Shown: piece after piece, positions 28,816 through 38,257 of the stretch | Layout: each line of letters starts with the position of its first letter | Numbering within the stretch: position 1 is the stretch's first letter | Assembly (NCBI GenBank): GCA_046570105.1 | Contig: JBKHVI010000003.1 | Span: 48,807-112,806, forward strand | DNA length: 64,000 bases | Source: Bacteriovoracia bacterium | Lineage (GTDB): Bacteria > Bdellovibrionota > Bacteriovoracia > Bacteriovoracales > Bacteriovoracaceae | Direction: 5' to 3' | Notes under the pieces: generated by a model | What the model saw: only the letters and a program-made list of their open reading frames with translations | The model's database searches: none | What the model was told of the DNA's origin: nothing | Position numbers and translations under genes: made by a program

Positions 28816-29806
28816 GAAGTGCTTTAAGAAAGTCCGCCTCTCTCTTCTGCAATTCCTCAATATTTGATCCCGTAACAAAATACCAAACGAACATATTATC
28901 TTCTGGAGATAACAGACGGGCAGATGAAGATTGACTCACTCTCATCCAATCTTCACTTTTTAAAACACAGGGATGCATCGCCAGCTTAAAAAACTGAGTT
29001 TTTTCTTTTTTCCATAGCTGGTAAGCGAGCCAGCCCATGGTTTTGCGTGGATTCATTTCAGAGCCGGGATGAAAAACTCGCTGGCCATCTTTCATATAGA
29101 AAAAAGCATCGACACTAAAAGAACCCTGATAACCACGGGCAAAAATATCTTTTTGCAAATCGCTTAAATTTTCACTCCAGCTACCAGTCCCCTCAGGCAC
29201 CTTATTAAAGGTAGCCGAATTAAGTATTGAGCCTCGCCACTGAAAACGTTGATCAATGATATTTTGATAATAAATATAGCGAGATTCCTCAGCTATCCAC
29301 AAGGCACTCACATCTGCAACGCGATCATAGAGTGGCTCAACCACAACGGGTGTCTTCCAATCAAGACGCGAAACAGCAGTTAAATCATCACGCTTTATTT
29401 TGATGTGCCCGCGGCCCGACATCCCATCACTCTTCTTAATGAGATACCACCCCTCGCCTATCGCTTTCTCAAGCATCTGAGGACTCTCACAAACTGCGGC
29501 TTCTAAGGGCCAGCGCTTGAGCCACCATTTAAGAAACTCAGTCTTACTACTTAACTCACGCATGAGAGAAAGATTCGCAGTCTCTCCCCACCAATCTATG
29601 GCGGCATCATTTTTAGTGATTTCAATTTTATGATCAGTGAGAGCAGAGACATATTCCAGATAGCGCGAAGAATAGTCACGATGGACTAGCACTCGCTCAT
29701 GGGTGACCCAAAAAGCAAAAAATTCGAGTGTAGCGATCAGATGAGGACGGGGTGGTTTGCCGCTTAAGACTTCTTCAAAATCGACATTGAATCTAAGACT
29801 CGGCAT
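28799..29806 (-). CDS. ATP-grasp-like protein (C-terminus supplied by the IS)
   Basis: IKKSDGMSGRG, VVVEP, GSFSVDAF, EMNPR (ExNxR). Confidence 0.65.
   Translation of the reverse strand: MPSLRFNVDFEEVLSGKPPRPHLIATLEFFAFWVTHERVLVHRDYSSRYLEYVSALTDHKIEITKNDAAIDWWGETANLSLMRELSSKTEFLKWWLKRWPLEAAVCESPQMLEKAIGEGWYLIKKSDGMSGRGHIKIKRDDLTAVSRLDWKTPVVVEPLYDRVADVSALWIAEESRYIYYQNIIDQRFQWRGSILNSATFNKVPEGTGSWSENLSDLQKDIFARGYQGSFSVDAFFYMKDGQRVFHPGSEMNPRKTMGWLAYQLWKKEKTQFFKLAMHPCVLKSEDWMRVSQSSSARLLSPEDNMFVWYFVTGSNIEELQKREADFLKALLNCPT
28816..28824. repeat. Target-site duplication, right copy (GAAGTGCTT)
   Basis: Identical to 27766-27774. Confidence 0.9.
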
Positions 29807-30629
29807 GCTCTTTCCAAGCTTTGCGATTTGTTATGCGAAAATCATCTTGGAACTCACCTAATTTCTCGACCCATTGAGGCTCAAGCCCCGCTGCCAATCT
29901 CGTCTCTGGAAGATAATTAGCACCTTTGGCGCGAGCGGGAGTGAGGGGCATCGGAAGTACTGAGCGATAATAATCCCACAGGTCTTGTTGACCCTTCCAC
30001 TGGCCTAACCAGTGCGCACCTAAAGCGACATGACTGATTTCATCATCAAAAACCGTTTTAAGCACATCGGCGGTTTCAATATCTCCGACAGAGCGGAAGA
30101 TTTTTTCGTACTCAAAAGCAAAGTCTAAGTTCGCTGACTCAAAGGTAAGGGCCATGAGAGCAAAAAAAGAAGATGGCGTTTTAAGTTTCTCCATCTGGCG
30201 CCAGAAGAAATCATTTAAAGCATAATCACCAAATTGCACGCCAAAAGATTTCATGCGCTGAACATAGAGGGCCAAGTGCTTTTGTTCGTCTCGAATCGCC
30301 GCCACAATTCCGCGCTTCATACGAATACTGGCGTCATCATTATGAGGATAAACCAAGAGGGCCGCCGCCATCATCTCAATGGCCAAGAGTTCATGATTGG
30401 CAAAGCTATGAATGGCAATGCCACGACTTTGGGGATTAACCAGTGAACCGCGCTTAGGAAATTTAATTTGGCGATCAGAAAATTGCAGCTTGTCCTCACG
30501 TCCAGGTCGCGTTGGAAGAACAAAATCCTGCCACTCTCCCATGGGAGCGGTGAGACTGACTGAGAGTAATTTATCTGCGTAGTGAGGTGACAAGAGAAGA
30601 GTCTTGGCCCATTCCATGATGGTCATCAT
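29793..30629 (-). CDS. DUF455-type ferritin-like di-iron protein
   Basis: HSFANHELLAIE, DEQKH, FESANLD, DEISH. Confidence 0.85.
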   Translation of the reverse strand: MMTIMEWAKTLLLSPHYADKLLSVSLTAPMGEWQDFVLPTRPGREDKLQFSDRQIKFPKRGSLVNPQSRGIAIHSFANHELLAIEMMAAALLVYPHNDDASIRMKRGIVAAIRDEQKHLALYVQRMKSFGVQFGDYALNDFFWRQMEKLKTPSSFFALMALTFESANLDFAFEYEKIFRSVGDIETADVLKTVFDDEISHVALGAHWLGQWKGQQDLWDYYRSVLPMPLTPARAKGANYLPETRLAAGLEPQWVEKLGEFQDDFRITNRKAWKEHAES

Positions 30630-30631
30630 GA

Positions 30632-33553
30632 CTAACCTTTTTTGGGACCAAAACCTGGGCCGCCTGATCCACCCCCGCCGCTTTTTTTGCGACGACGTTT
30701 CCCACCTGCAGGACCTCCGCCGACACCCGTAAAGGCGGCTGCGGCACGAGAGCCACCCGACTTAGGTCTGCGACTGCTGCCGCCGGAAGCCGCTGCTCTG
30801 AGTGCACGCAAATCCATACCACTGCCTTCGGGGCGACGAATTCCTTCACCACCACCGGCCGCAGCGGGTGCTTTTTGTTCCGGGCGAGGAGGCCTGCGAT
30901 CATTGCGGTCATCTCTCTTAGGCCCGCGTTCTTCGCGTGGCGGACGCCGATCATTCCGATCATCACGAGGAGCACGGTCATTTCTGGCCGGACGATCATC
31001 ACGCCCGCGGCTATCACTGCGAGGTGGACCTCTGCGAGAGTTTCGACGAGCGGTGAAACAATTATCACAAATAGCAAAACGAGAACTCATCGAGAGTTTG
31101 CAACCACAAGACGAGCACGTTTTTGTTGTTTTCTCAGAGAGGAGACTATTCAATTTTTCAACCGCACGGGCCTTATTCTCTAAAAGCTGAGCTTCGATAA
31201 AATTAAAATTCTTGCCATCAAAGTGACGAGCGAGCCATTGATAAAGCTCAACACACTTAATCGATGTCTCGAGATAATCAATATCATCACTACTGTAATC
31301 TATATTTTCATTCAGAATCGGTGCGCTATCGACGTAGTGCTTAAGAATCCATAGGAAGTATTGCACGTGCTCAACCAAACCTAGGTTAACTGGCGCACAG
31401 GAGAATCCGAAAATTTCTGTCGGTAAGAGCTTCACATGCTCATCCGTCTGCTCAACCATTTCGGTAATCTCAATCATCTCTTTCAAATCAGTACAGTAGA
31501 AAGGACGCTGGAAAGTCATGGTATTAAACAGACGCAAGAACTCTGAAAGAGTCAGGACCGGCAGACCATTAATATCGAGAGCACTATTCACGCTCTTAAA
31601 GATCTCAAGATCGGGACCGACCATCGCCTTATCACTTTGTCCAAGCGTGTGATCGAGTGCTTCTTGCAAACGATCAAGGCCTGCTTCTACCCGATTAAGC
31701 GTAGTCGTGTAGCCGATCGGAAAGCGACCAAAGCGCCCGGCGCGACCAGCAATCTGCTTGATCTCACTCATCGTGAGGGGATGCTCTTTGTTATCAATAA
31801 ATTTTGAAAGCGCTGAGAAGACAATCCGTTGCACCGGAAGGTTCATCCCCATGGCAATGGCATCGGTCGAAACAATAATATCAGTTTCACCGAAATCAAA
31901 TTTACGGGCCTGTTCGCGACGAACCTCTGGTGAGAGACGACCGTAAACAATAGAGACCTTGAAATCAAGGTTTTCGAGATCGGCTTTAAACTTCAGAGCA
32001 TTTCTGCGACTGAAAACAATCAAAGCATCACCACGTTCAAGCTCTGCTAAAGTGATCGTGCGATCCATCACCTGTAGTTCAGTCATGCGCTTATACTCAC
32101 GTACCTCGAGTGTATCACCGGTGAGTTTAAGAATTTGTTTCACGAGTTCTAAGACTGAAGCATCACCACACAGATGCACTTCATCGGCCTGCAAATTAAC
32201 TAGTGCTCGTGTCCATGCCCATCCACGTTGAGGATCAGTGAGCATTTGGATCTCATCAATGACAGCGCAATCAAAGCGCTCATTGAGGCGTGCCATTTCA
32301 ATCGTCGAAGAAAAGTGCGTTGAACCCGGAATCTCAATCACCTCTTCGCCCGTCAGAAGCGTCGTGATCGCTCCTTTCTGGTTCATGGTATCGAAGAGTT
32401 CAGCCGCCAAGAGACGCAAAGGTGCGAGGTAGCAGCCACGCTTAGATTTAACCAAGGCTTCAATGGCATGATAAGTCTTACCTGAGTTGGTGGGCCCCAT
32501 ATGGTAAATAATCTTGCGATTAATTTTACGGGCCTCAGCATGCACCCAGAACTGACCCAAGTAATCTCTTAGAATCGTGCTGGAAATATCTTTACGCTTT
32601 AAGAGCAAAACTGAGCGAGTGAATTTTTCGAATTCTTTCTTTAAGAATCCTTCTGGCTTCCAAATGCCTGTCTCTTGCTGCAAGAAGAAGCGCTCATACT
32701 CACCTGGGGTGATAATCTCAGGCTTTAAACCTTGTTCAACTAAGCAGGTGTTAAAAAACACCATCAACTTCTCGCGATAGAGTTTACCCAAAGGAGAAGT
32801 GCCCGAGAACTTGGCGCGAAAGACAGCTTTAACTTCACTCTCAATTTTATTCAGAGAGCTGCGCTTAAATTTATTACGAACCTGATTTATCCCGCGCTCC
32901 ATATTTTTGCGCAGATTAAAGACATAATTTGAAACATCAGTGATCGAGCGAGAAAGAACCATATCAAACAGACGCTCTTCGGCGTCGTTGATCATCTTCT
33001 CTTGCTGCTCCATCACTTCTTCACGCAGCTTGGTGCGATAATCCGCCAAACACTGCGTACACTGACAGGTAAGATCGCTGGTGGCGAGTTTTAGATCAAA
33101 GCGCTCTTTCAGTTGCTCTTGAGTTTTTTGGTGGAAGCTGAGAGCTTCCTTGCACCATTCTCTGAACCCCTCACGATAACCTTCTACCATTTCACGGTTG
33201 AAGCTCTCACCCACCGTCAAAGGCCATTGATCCGTGCGGGGAAAGAGATACTCATCTAACAGGGCCACTTCAAAAATGGCTTCGCGGTCATTGAGTTCTC
33301 TCACCGGACCGAAATATTTCTCGAAAACAGAATCGAGCGTGGGAGCGGCCGCTAGAAGTTTTGCCATTTCGCCATACACCACTTCAAGTGTACCGAGTAC
33401 AACAGTGGCATCTTCCAGCGAGCGAATAGAATCCGGTGAGTCACCGGATAGGCTCGTTGATACAAAAGCTTTGCGGGATAATTCGAGATTTTGTAACAGA
33501 TCCCCGAACATGGCCCGAGGATCTATTAAGAGAGAAGTCTGTGTGTCGTTCAT
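30632..33553 (-). CDS. Suv3-like SF2 helicase with Zn-ribbon and disordered R/D/G-rich tail
   Basis: GPTNSGKT, YLAPLRLLA, TGEE, DEIQ, RGWAW, TDAIAMGMNL, QIAGRAGR. Confidence 0.92.
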   Translation of the reverse strand: MNDTQTSLLIDPRAMFGDLLQNLELSRKAFVSTSLSGDSPDSIRSLEDATVVLGTLEVVYGEMAKLLAAAPTLDSVFEKYFGPVRELNDREAIFEVALLDEYLFPRTDQWPLTVGESFNREMVEGYREGFREWCKEALSFHQKTQEQLKERFDLKLATSDLTCQCTQCLADYRTKLREEVMEQQEKMINDAEERLFDMVLSRSITDVSNYVFNLRKNMERGINQVRNKFKRSSLNKIESEVKAVFRAKFSGTSPLGKLYREKLMVFFNTCLVEQGLKPEIITPGEYERFFLQQETGIWKPEGFLKKEFEKFTRSVLLLKRKDISSTILRDYLGQFWVHAEARKINRKIIYHMGPTNSGKTYHAIEALVKSKRGCYLAPLRLLAAELFDTMNQKGAITTLLTGEEVIEIPGSTHFSSTIEMARLNERFDCAVIDEIQMLTDPQRGWAWTRALVNLQADEVHLCGDASVLELVKQILKLTGDTLEVREYKRMTELQVMDRTITLAELERGDALIVFSRRNALKFKADLENLDFKVSIVYGRLSPEVRREQARKFDFGETDIIVSTDAIAMGMNLPVQRIVFSALSKFIDNKEHPLTMSEIKQIAGRAGRFGRFPIGYTTTLNRVEAGLDRLQEALDHTLGQSDKAMVGPDLEIFKSVNSALDINGLPVLTLSEFLRLFNTMTFQRPFYCTDLKEMIEITEMVEQTDEHVKLLPTEIFGFSCAPVNLGLVEHVQYFLWILKHYVDSAPILNENIDYSSDDIDYLETSIKCVELYQWLARHFDGKNFNFIEAQLLENKARAVEKLNSLLSEKTTKTCSSCGCKLSMSSRFAICDNCFTARRNSRRGPPRSDSRGRDDRPARNDRAPRDDRNDRRPPREERGPKRDDRNDRRPPRPEQKAPAAAGGGEGIRRPEGSGMDLRALRAAASGGSSRRPKSGGSRAAAAFTGVGGGPAGGKRRRKKSGGGGSGGPGFGPKKG

Positions 33554-34746
33554 CAGTTCGCTAACTCTACCATATAGGCGAGCGCGAGTTTAGCAAATTT
33601 TGCAGCATGCTGAGCATTCCCACCGGCCGTCTCAATCGTGTCTTTGTCCGAATGGATAGCGCGGTTACGATCACCCATGTCGGATTCAAAGGGAATTGAC
33701 GCAGGGAAACCGGCATTCGTCCAAGAGGCATGGTCACTGCAACCATAGCCACACTTCGAATAACCCCATGGAACCTTAACGTACTCATCAATCAATTTAC
33801 CCAAAAACGCGTTCTGAGTAGCGTTAGTGAAGTCCGACATCAAGACGATATCGCGATTAGCAGTACCCTTCTTGAGCGTCATATCGAATTGAATTTTACC
33901 AATCACCTTCTTACCTTGCGTCTTGTAGGCGTTAGCAATGTCTTTTGAACCCAACAAGCCGACTTCCTCAGCGGCATAGGCCATCAACTGAACCGTGCGC
34001 TTGGGACGAAAGTTATTGGCGACAGCAATACGAAGGGCCTCAGTAATAGTCGCGATTCCTGAAGCGTTATCATCTGCTCCTGGAGCACGCGAGCGCTCAC
34101 CGCCAAACCAGCCACCACCGATTGAGTCAGCGTGGCCGCCTAAAACAACGATCTCGCCATTTGAGTCAGATCCTTCGATGGTCAAAACAACCGAAGGTTG
34201 AGGCCAGCCATTGTGTTTGTAAAGTTCAACCTTGATATCACTGCGGTCTTTTGCGATCGCTTTCCACGTCTCCAAAATATAATTTTGTGACTCAACTCCA
34301 GTTGGCGCCTTGTAATAGCGATTATGGAAAGCCGACATACCACGAATGACTTCTTCGATCTTAGTCGCTTCTACCTGTTGAATCATCGCTGGCAGAATCG
34401 CCTGCTGATCAATCGTGTAATCAGAGAAAATCCCTTTCATACTGTAGAACATTTCACCATTCGGTTCAAAGGCGGCTTCCGCCTCATCAAAAGAATCGTG
34501 CGCCATAAATCCGCCACAGCGATGAAGCTCATGGTGAATAGCGTGGGAGAGCTGCTCAATCTGCGCTTCCTCAAGTTGAATAAGAGAAACACCGTTGGCT
34601 TCTTTTTCAACCATCAAGGCTTTTTGCATCGGAGCGAGAGAACCCAGAATTTTAGAATCGATGGTAACCCATCGTAGTGGACTTGCTGCTTGTGCCTCCA
34701 TGGCCAACACAGCTAATGCGATAATTAGCTTTTTCAACTTTTCCAT
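33553..34746 (-). CDS. Secreted M28 leucyl aminopeptidase
   Basis: Signal peptide; HRCGGF propeptide; GGHADS, GADDNASG, AAEEVGL, QFDM, CGYGCSDH; start MEKLKK. Confidence 0.92.
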   Translation of the reverse strand: MEKLKKLIIALAVLAMEAQAASPLRWVTIDSKILGSLAPMQKALMVEKEANGVSLIQLEEAQIEQLSHAIHHELHRCGGFMAHDSFDEAEAAFEPNGEMFYSMKGIFSDYTIDQQAILPAMIQQVEATKIEEVIRGMSAFHNRYYKAPTGVESQNYILETWKAIAKDRSDIKVELYKHNGWPQPSVVLTIEGSDSNGEIVVLGGHADSIGGGWFGGERSRAPGADDNASGIATITEALRIAVANNFRPKRTVQLMAYAAEEVGLLGSKDIANAYKTQGKKVIGKIQFDMTLKKGTANRDIVLMSDFTNATQNAFLGKLIDEYVKVPWGYSKCGYGCSDHASWTNAGFPASIPFESDMGDRNRAIHSDKDTIETAGGNAQHAAKFAKLALAYMVELAN

Positions 34747-34879
34747 CCTTGTGAAAGTTGTTTTGACTATTAGCCCACGTCCGAAACGCCTTGCCAAGAA
34801 GAGTGAGATTAAGTCAGACATTCGTAATTTCTCAATCTAACTATGCGCAGCAACCACAGAAGAGAATTATAATAAGCAC

Positions 34880-35869
34880 ATGAAAACATCTCTTACTAAA
34901 ATGCTTGGAATTGAACACCCTATTATCATGGCACCCATGTTCTTGGTGACCACACCCGAAATGGTGATTGCTGCAGGAAACGCTGGCATCACCGGCTGCA
35001 TTCCCGCTCTTAATTGGCGAACGATTGAAGAGCTCGAAGCAGGCATTAAACACATCAAAGCCAATTCTAAAGCTCCTATGGGCGTAAATTTGATCGTGAA
35101 TAAATCAAACCCGCTCTACAAAAAACAACTCCACAAGTGTCTTGATCTGGGCGTCGATTATTTCATCACATCGCTCGGCTCTCCTGATGAAGTCATCAAA
35201 GAATCTCACAAGCAAAACTGCAAAGTTTTTTGTGACGTGATCGATGGTGAATATGCACGAAAGGTAGAAGACCAAGGTGCGGATGCTCATATTGCTGTGA
35301 ACTCAGGTGCGGGCGGACATCTTGGCAACATCCCCGCCTCTATTCTCGTCCCTATGCTTAAAGCGCAAAGTAAAATTCCCGTCATCGCTGCCGGTGGTGT
35401 CGGTGAAGGCCATGGCCTCTTCTCCATGCTCGCCCTTGGAGCAGACGGACTCTCGATCGGCTCCCCTTTTATTGCCACTAAAGAAGCCAAGGTGAGTGAA
35501 GGCTATAAGAAGGCCTGTGTGGATTACAAAGCGCGCGACATTGTCGTCACCACCAAACTCTCTGGCAGCCGCTGTACCGTCATCAACACTCCTTATGTAA
35601 AAAAAATCGGCACCGATCAAAACTTAGTAGAAGGTTTTCTAAACAAGAACAAACAATTAAAAAAATACGCCAAGATGGTGACTTTCTGGAAAGGCATGAA
35701 GCTCTTAGAAAAAGCCGCCTTCTCTGCGAGCTACAAATCGGTCTGGTGTGCCGGTAGCTCAATTGAATTCACAGAAGACATCACGAGCGTTCAAGAAGTC
35801 GTGACTAAATTCACCACAGGTTACGAAGACGCCGTCAAAGAATTCGAAGCCAGAAGGAATGCAACATGA
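34880..35869 (+). CDS. Nitronate monooxygenase / FabK-like flavin oxidoreductase
   Basis: PIIMAPMFLV, AGGHLG, PVIAAGGVG, GSPFIATKEA. Confidence 0.88.
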   Translation: MKTSLTKMLGIEHPIIMAPMFLVTTPEMVIAAGNAGITGCIPALNWRTIEELEAGIKHIKANSKAPMGVNLIVNKSNPLYKKQLHKCLDLGVDYFITSLGSPDEVIKESHKQNCKVFCDVIDGEYARKVEDQGADAHIAVNSGAGGHLGNIPASILVPMLKAQSKIPVIAAGGVGEGHGLFSMLALGADGLSIGSPFIATKEAKVSEGYKKACVDYKARDIVVTTKLSGSRCTVINTPYVKKIGTDQNLVEGFLNKNKQLKKYAKMVTFWKGMKLLEKAAFSASYKSVWCAGSSIEFTEDITSVQEVVTKFTTGYEDAVKEFEARRNAT

Positions 35870-36375
35870 AAAAAGGTGCCGCACTCGTCAACATGCTCTT
35901 AAAGCGCCAAGACAAGCTCTCACTTATTGCGCTTGATAATGTCATGCGCGTCGCGATTCCTTTCAACGCTCCTCACGGCTTCAGCTTCAAAAAAATTACC
36001 GACGAAGAAGTGCAGATCTCACTTCCCAATTTTAAACTCAACCACAACCACCTCTCCGGCATGCACGCTTGCGCCATCGCCACCTTAGGTGAATTCTGTG
36101 CCGGCATGACACTCGTAAAACACTTCGGCATGACTCAGTACCGCTATATCCTTTCCGAGCTTTCAGTGAAATATCATCTCCAAGGCCGCACAGGCCTTGT
36201 CGGCATCGCCAAACTCGACAGTGAGCGCGTCGCTTCCATCAAAGAGCAACTCACCCAACAAGAAAAAGTCTTAGTCGACCACAACACCGAAATCATGAAC
36301 CGCCACGGCGAAAAAATCGCCGACGTTCGAACAGTGTGGCAGATGAAGGATTGGAATAAGGTGCAGTTGAAATAA
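35866..36375 (+). CDS. Hotdog-fold thioesterase-like protein (PaaI/YiiD/DUF4442-like)
   Basis: NHNHLSGMHACAIATLGE; ATGA overlap with the upstream gene. Confidence 0.75.
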   Translation: MKKGAALVNMLLKRQDKLSLIALDNVMRVAIPFNAPHGFSFKKITDEEVQISLPNFKLNHNHLSGMHACAIATLGEFCAGMTLVKHFGMTQYRYILSELSVKYHLQGRTGLVGIAKLDSERVASIKEQLTQQEKVLVDHNTEIMNRHGEKIADVRTVWQMKDWNKVQLK

Positions 36376-36397
36376 AAAAGGCCCCATTCGGGGCCTT
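36374..36397. terminator. Intrinsic terminator between convergent genes
   Basis: AAGGCCCC-attc-GGGGCCTT with an upstream A-run (U-tract on -). Confidence 0.8.
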
Positions 36398-36417
36398 CAA
36401 ATTTTGGGGAATAGATC

Positions 36418-37290
36418 TTAGCGCAAGGTCTGAAGAGCTTTTATATTTGTGATATACGTTACGTCCTCACCGCTGCCACCGTCGTTACTTACTACATTCG
36501 ACACCCGACAATTGTCTGGGCCAGCCACATAGTCTTCATCGCCGCGAACAAGAATTCCCTCAACTTCTAATGTATTTGCATTGAAAACGGCCGAACCTGA
36601 GTTACCGCCGTAGGTATCTAGGTTGCCGACAAAAAAGCGCTCATCGAGCGTGCGCACGTTGGCGCCGCCAGCGATCTTAGTGGGTAGACCTGATGGATGG
36701 CCGATGACTAAGATGGGAGCGTTTTGTTCGATTTTTCCTTGAGTGCGAAACTTTAATGGATTGCGATCGAGCACCGGGCGATCAAGTTCGATCAAAGCGT
36801 AGTCTTCTTGCGTTTCATCGTTGAGTTCTTGCTCGATGATGCGCTTACAGTGATAGATGTTGGTTTTCTTCAACGTCACACTTGATTGGTTATTGGTTTC
36901 AGCTTTGTAATCAAAGGCCCACTGAAAGTTGGCGCAGTCGGCTTCGGTTTGCACGCAGTGACCGGCAGTGACGAGCCAGCGATCAGAGACTAAGAAACCT
37001 GAACAGTAAGCTGCTGTTGGTTGTTTAGCGAAGCGCTCTGTAGAACAGATACCCTGACTCTCCAGCGAAGGGCCTGTTACCTGGATAGTTTGATTTCCAC
37101 CGCCGCCTTTTTTGTTGGCGTCTTGAATTTCAGAAACTGAAATCATGGCGGCCGTTGAGTGGGCCAGTTTGATCCAAGCTGGTTCAGTCGTCATGGCGAC
37201 ATCATTACGGTTGTCATCACCGTAGATAATCTTAGGAGCTTGAATGGAAGCCCAAGAACTGGCGGTTAAAGCTAAAGCAACAAACAACAT
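36418..37290 (-). CDS. Secreted trypsin-like serine protease
   Basis: TAGHC, DYALIEL, DTYGGNSGS catalytic triad motifs; IIYG mature N-terminus. Confidence 0.93.
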   Translation of the reverse strand: MLFVALALTASSWASIQAPKIIYGDDNRNDVAMTTEPAWIKLAHSTAAMISVSEIQDANKKGGGGNQTIQVTGPSLESQGICSTERFAKQPTAAYCSGFLVSDRWLVTAGHCVQTEADCANFQWAFDYKAETNNQSSVTLKKTNIYHCKRIIEQELNDETQEDYALIELDRPVLDRNPLKFRTQGKIEQNAPILVIGHPSGLPTKIAGGANVRTLDERFFVGNLDTYGGNSGSAVFNANTLEVEGILVRGDEDYVAGPDNCRVSNVVSNDGGSGEDVTYITNIKALQTLR

Positions 37291-37298
37291 AGGAACTC

Positions 37299-38168
37299 CT
37301 ACAGGTTTTGAATCTCAAGAACGTTAGTTATCGCGGTCACAGCTTCTGTTGCGCGATCTACGCTGACAACATTAGAGCGTAAACAGCCTGATGAAGTTTC
37401 CACATAATCACGAGCGCCGCGCACGAGAATACCTTCTACTTCAAGTGTCTCAGCGTTGAATACTGCTGAACCTGAGTTGCCACCGTAGGTATCAAGATTG
37501 GTGCGGAAAAAGATATCGTTATTGTATTCCATGACTCTGGCACCGCCGGCAACCTTAGTCGGAAGACCAGACGGGTGGCCGATTACGACCAAAGGAGCTT
37601 CGAGCTGTATTTTGCCCGTTTTGCGGAAGTTAAGGGGACGGCGACCCGTCACCGGGCGATCAAGTTCCACCACAGCGTAATCGTTACGAGTCATTTCATC
37701 GAGCACTGAGCGAACAACGCGAGCACAACGGTAAACGTTTTCAGGTTTTAAAGAGATGCGATCGTTTAGCGGACTAGAGAGATTGTAATCAAACACCCAG
37801 TAGTTCTCACTGCAACCAGCAATTTCATTAATACAGTGACCAGCGGTTACGATAGTTTTCTCACCGACTAAGAAGCCTGAACAATTGGCGACGGCCGGCT
37901 GTTGAGCAAAGCGCTCGTCAGAACAAACATTCATGCTCCCTTTCAGGCTAAGCATACTGAGAATGCCTGAAGAGACGTTTTGGCGCTGAAAATAACCCAC
38001 TTTCCAAGTAGGAATCATGGCAGCTGTTGAAGCAGCCACTTCTAAAAGGGCGGCCTCTCTCACATCGTAAATGTCTAAACGATTGTCTTCACCATAAATG
38101 ATTTTTTCGGACGCAATAGCAGTAGCGATAGAAGCAACCACAAGTGTTGCAGCGATAGATTTTTTCAA
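37299..38168 (-). CDS. Secreted trypsin-like serine protease (tandem paralog)
   Basis: TAGHC, DYAVVEL, DTYGGNSGS; signal peptide; IIYG. Confidence 0.93.
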   Translation of the reverse strand: MKKSIAATLVVASIATAIASEKIIYGEDNRLDIYDVREAALLEVAASTAAMIPTWKVGYFQRQNVSSGILSMLSLKGSMNVCSDERFAQQPAVANCSGFLVGEKTIVTAGHCINEIAGCSENYWVFDYNLSSPLNDRISLKPENVYRCARVVRSVLDEMTRNDYAVVELDRPVTGRRPLNFRKTGKIQLEAPLVVIGHPSGLPTKVAGGARVMEYNNDIFFRTNLDTYGGNSGSAVFNAETLEVEGILVRGARDYVETSSGCLRSNVVSVDRATEAVTAITNVLEIQNL

Positions 38169-38257
38169 TGGCCCCCCAGGTCATTTTTAATTTGTGTCAC
38201 CGTAAACACTGGCGTGCGTTCTGAAAACAAAGGGGTCTTGAGTGTGTAAAAATTTAC

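Noticed and set aside
30642..31190. 182-aa Pro/Arg-rich ORF on + (and 30571-31077 on -)
   Set aside because: These are shadow frames of the GC-rich low-complexity helicase tail, with no RBS or domain signal.
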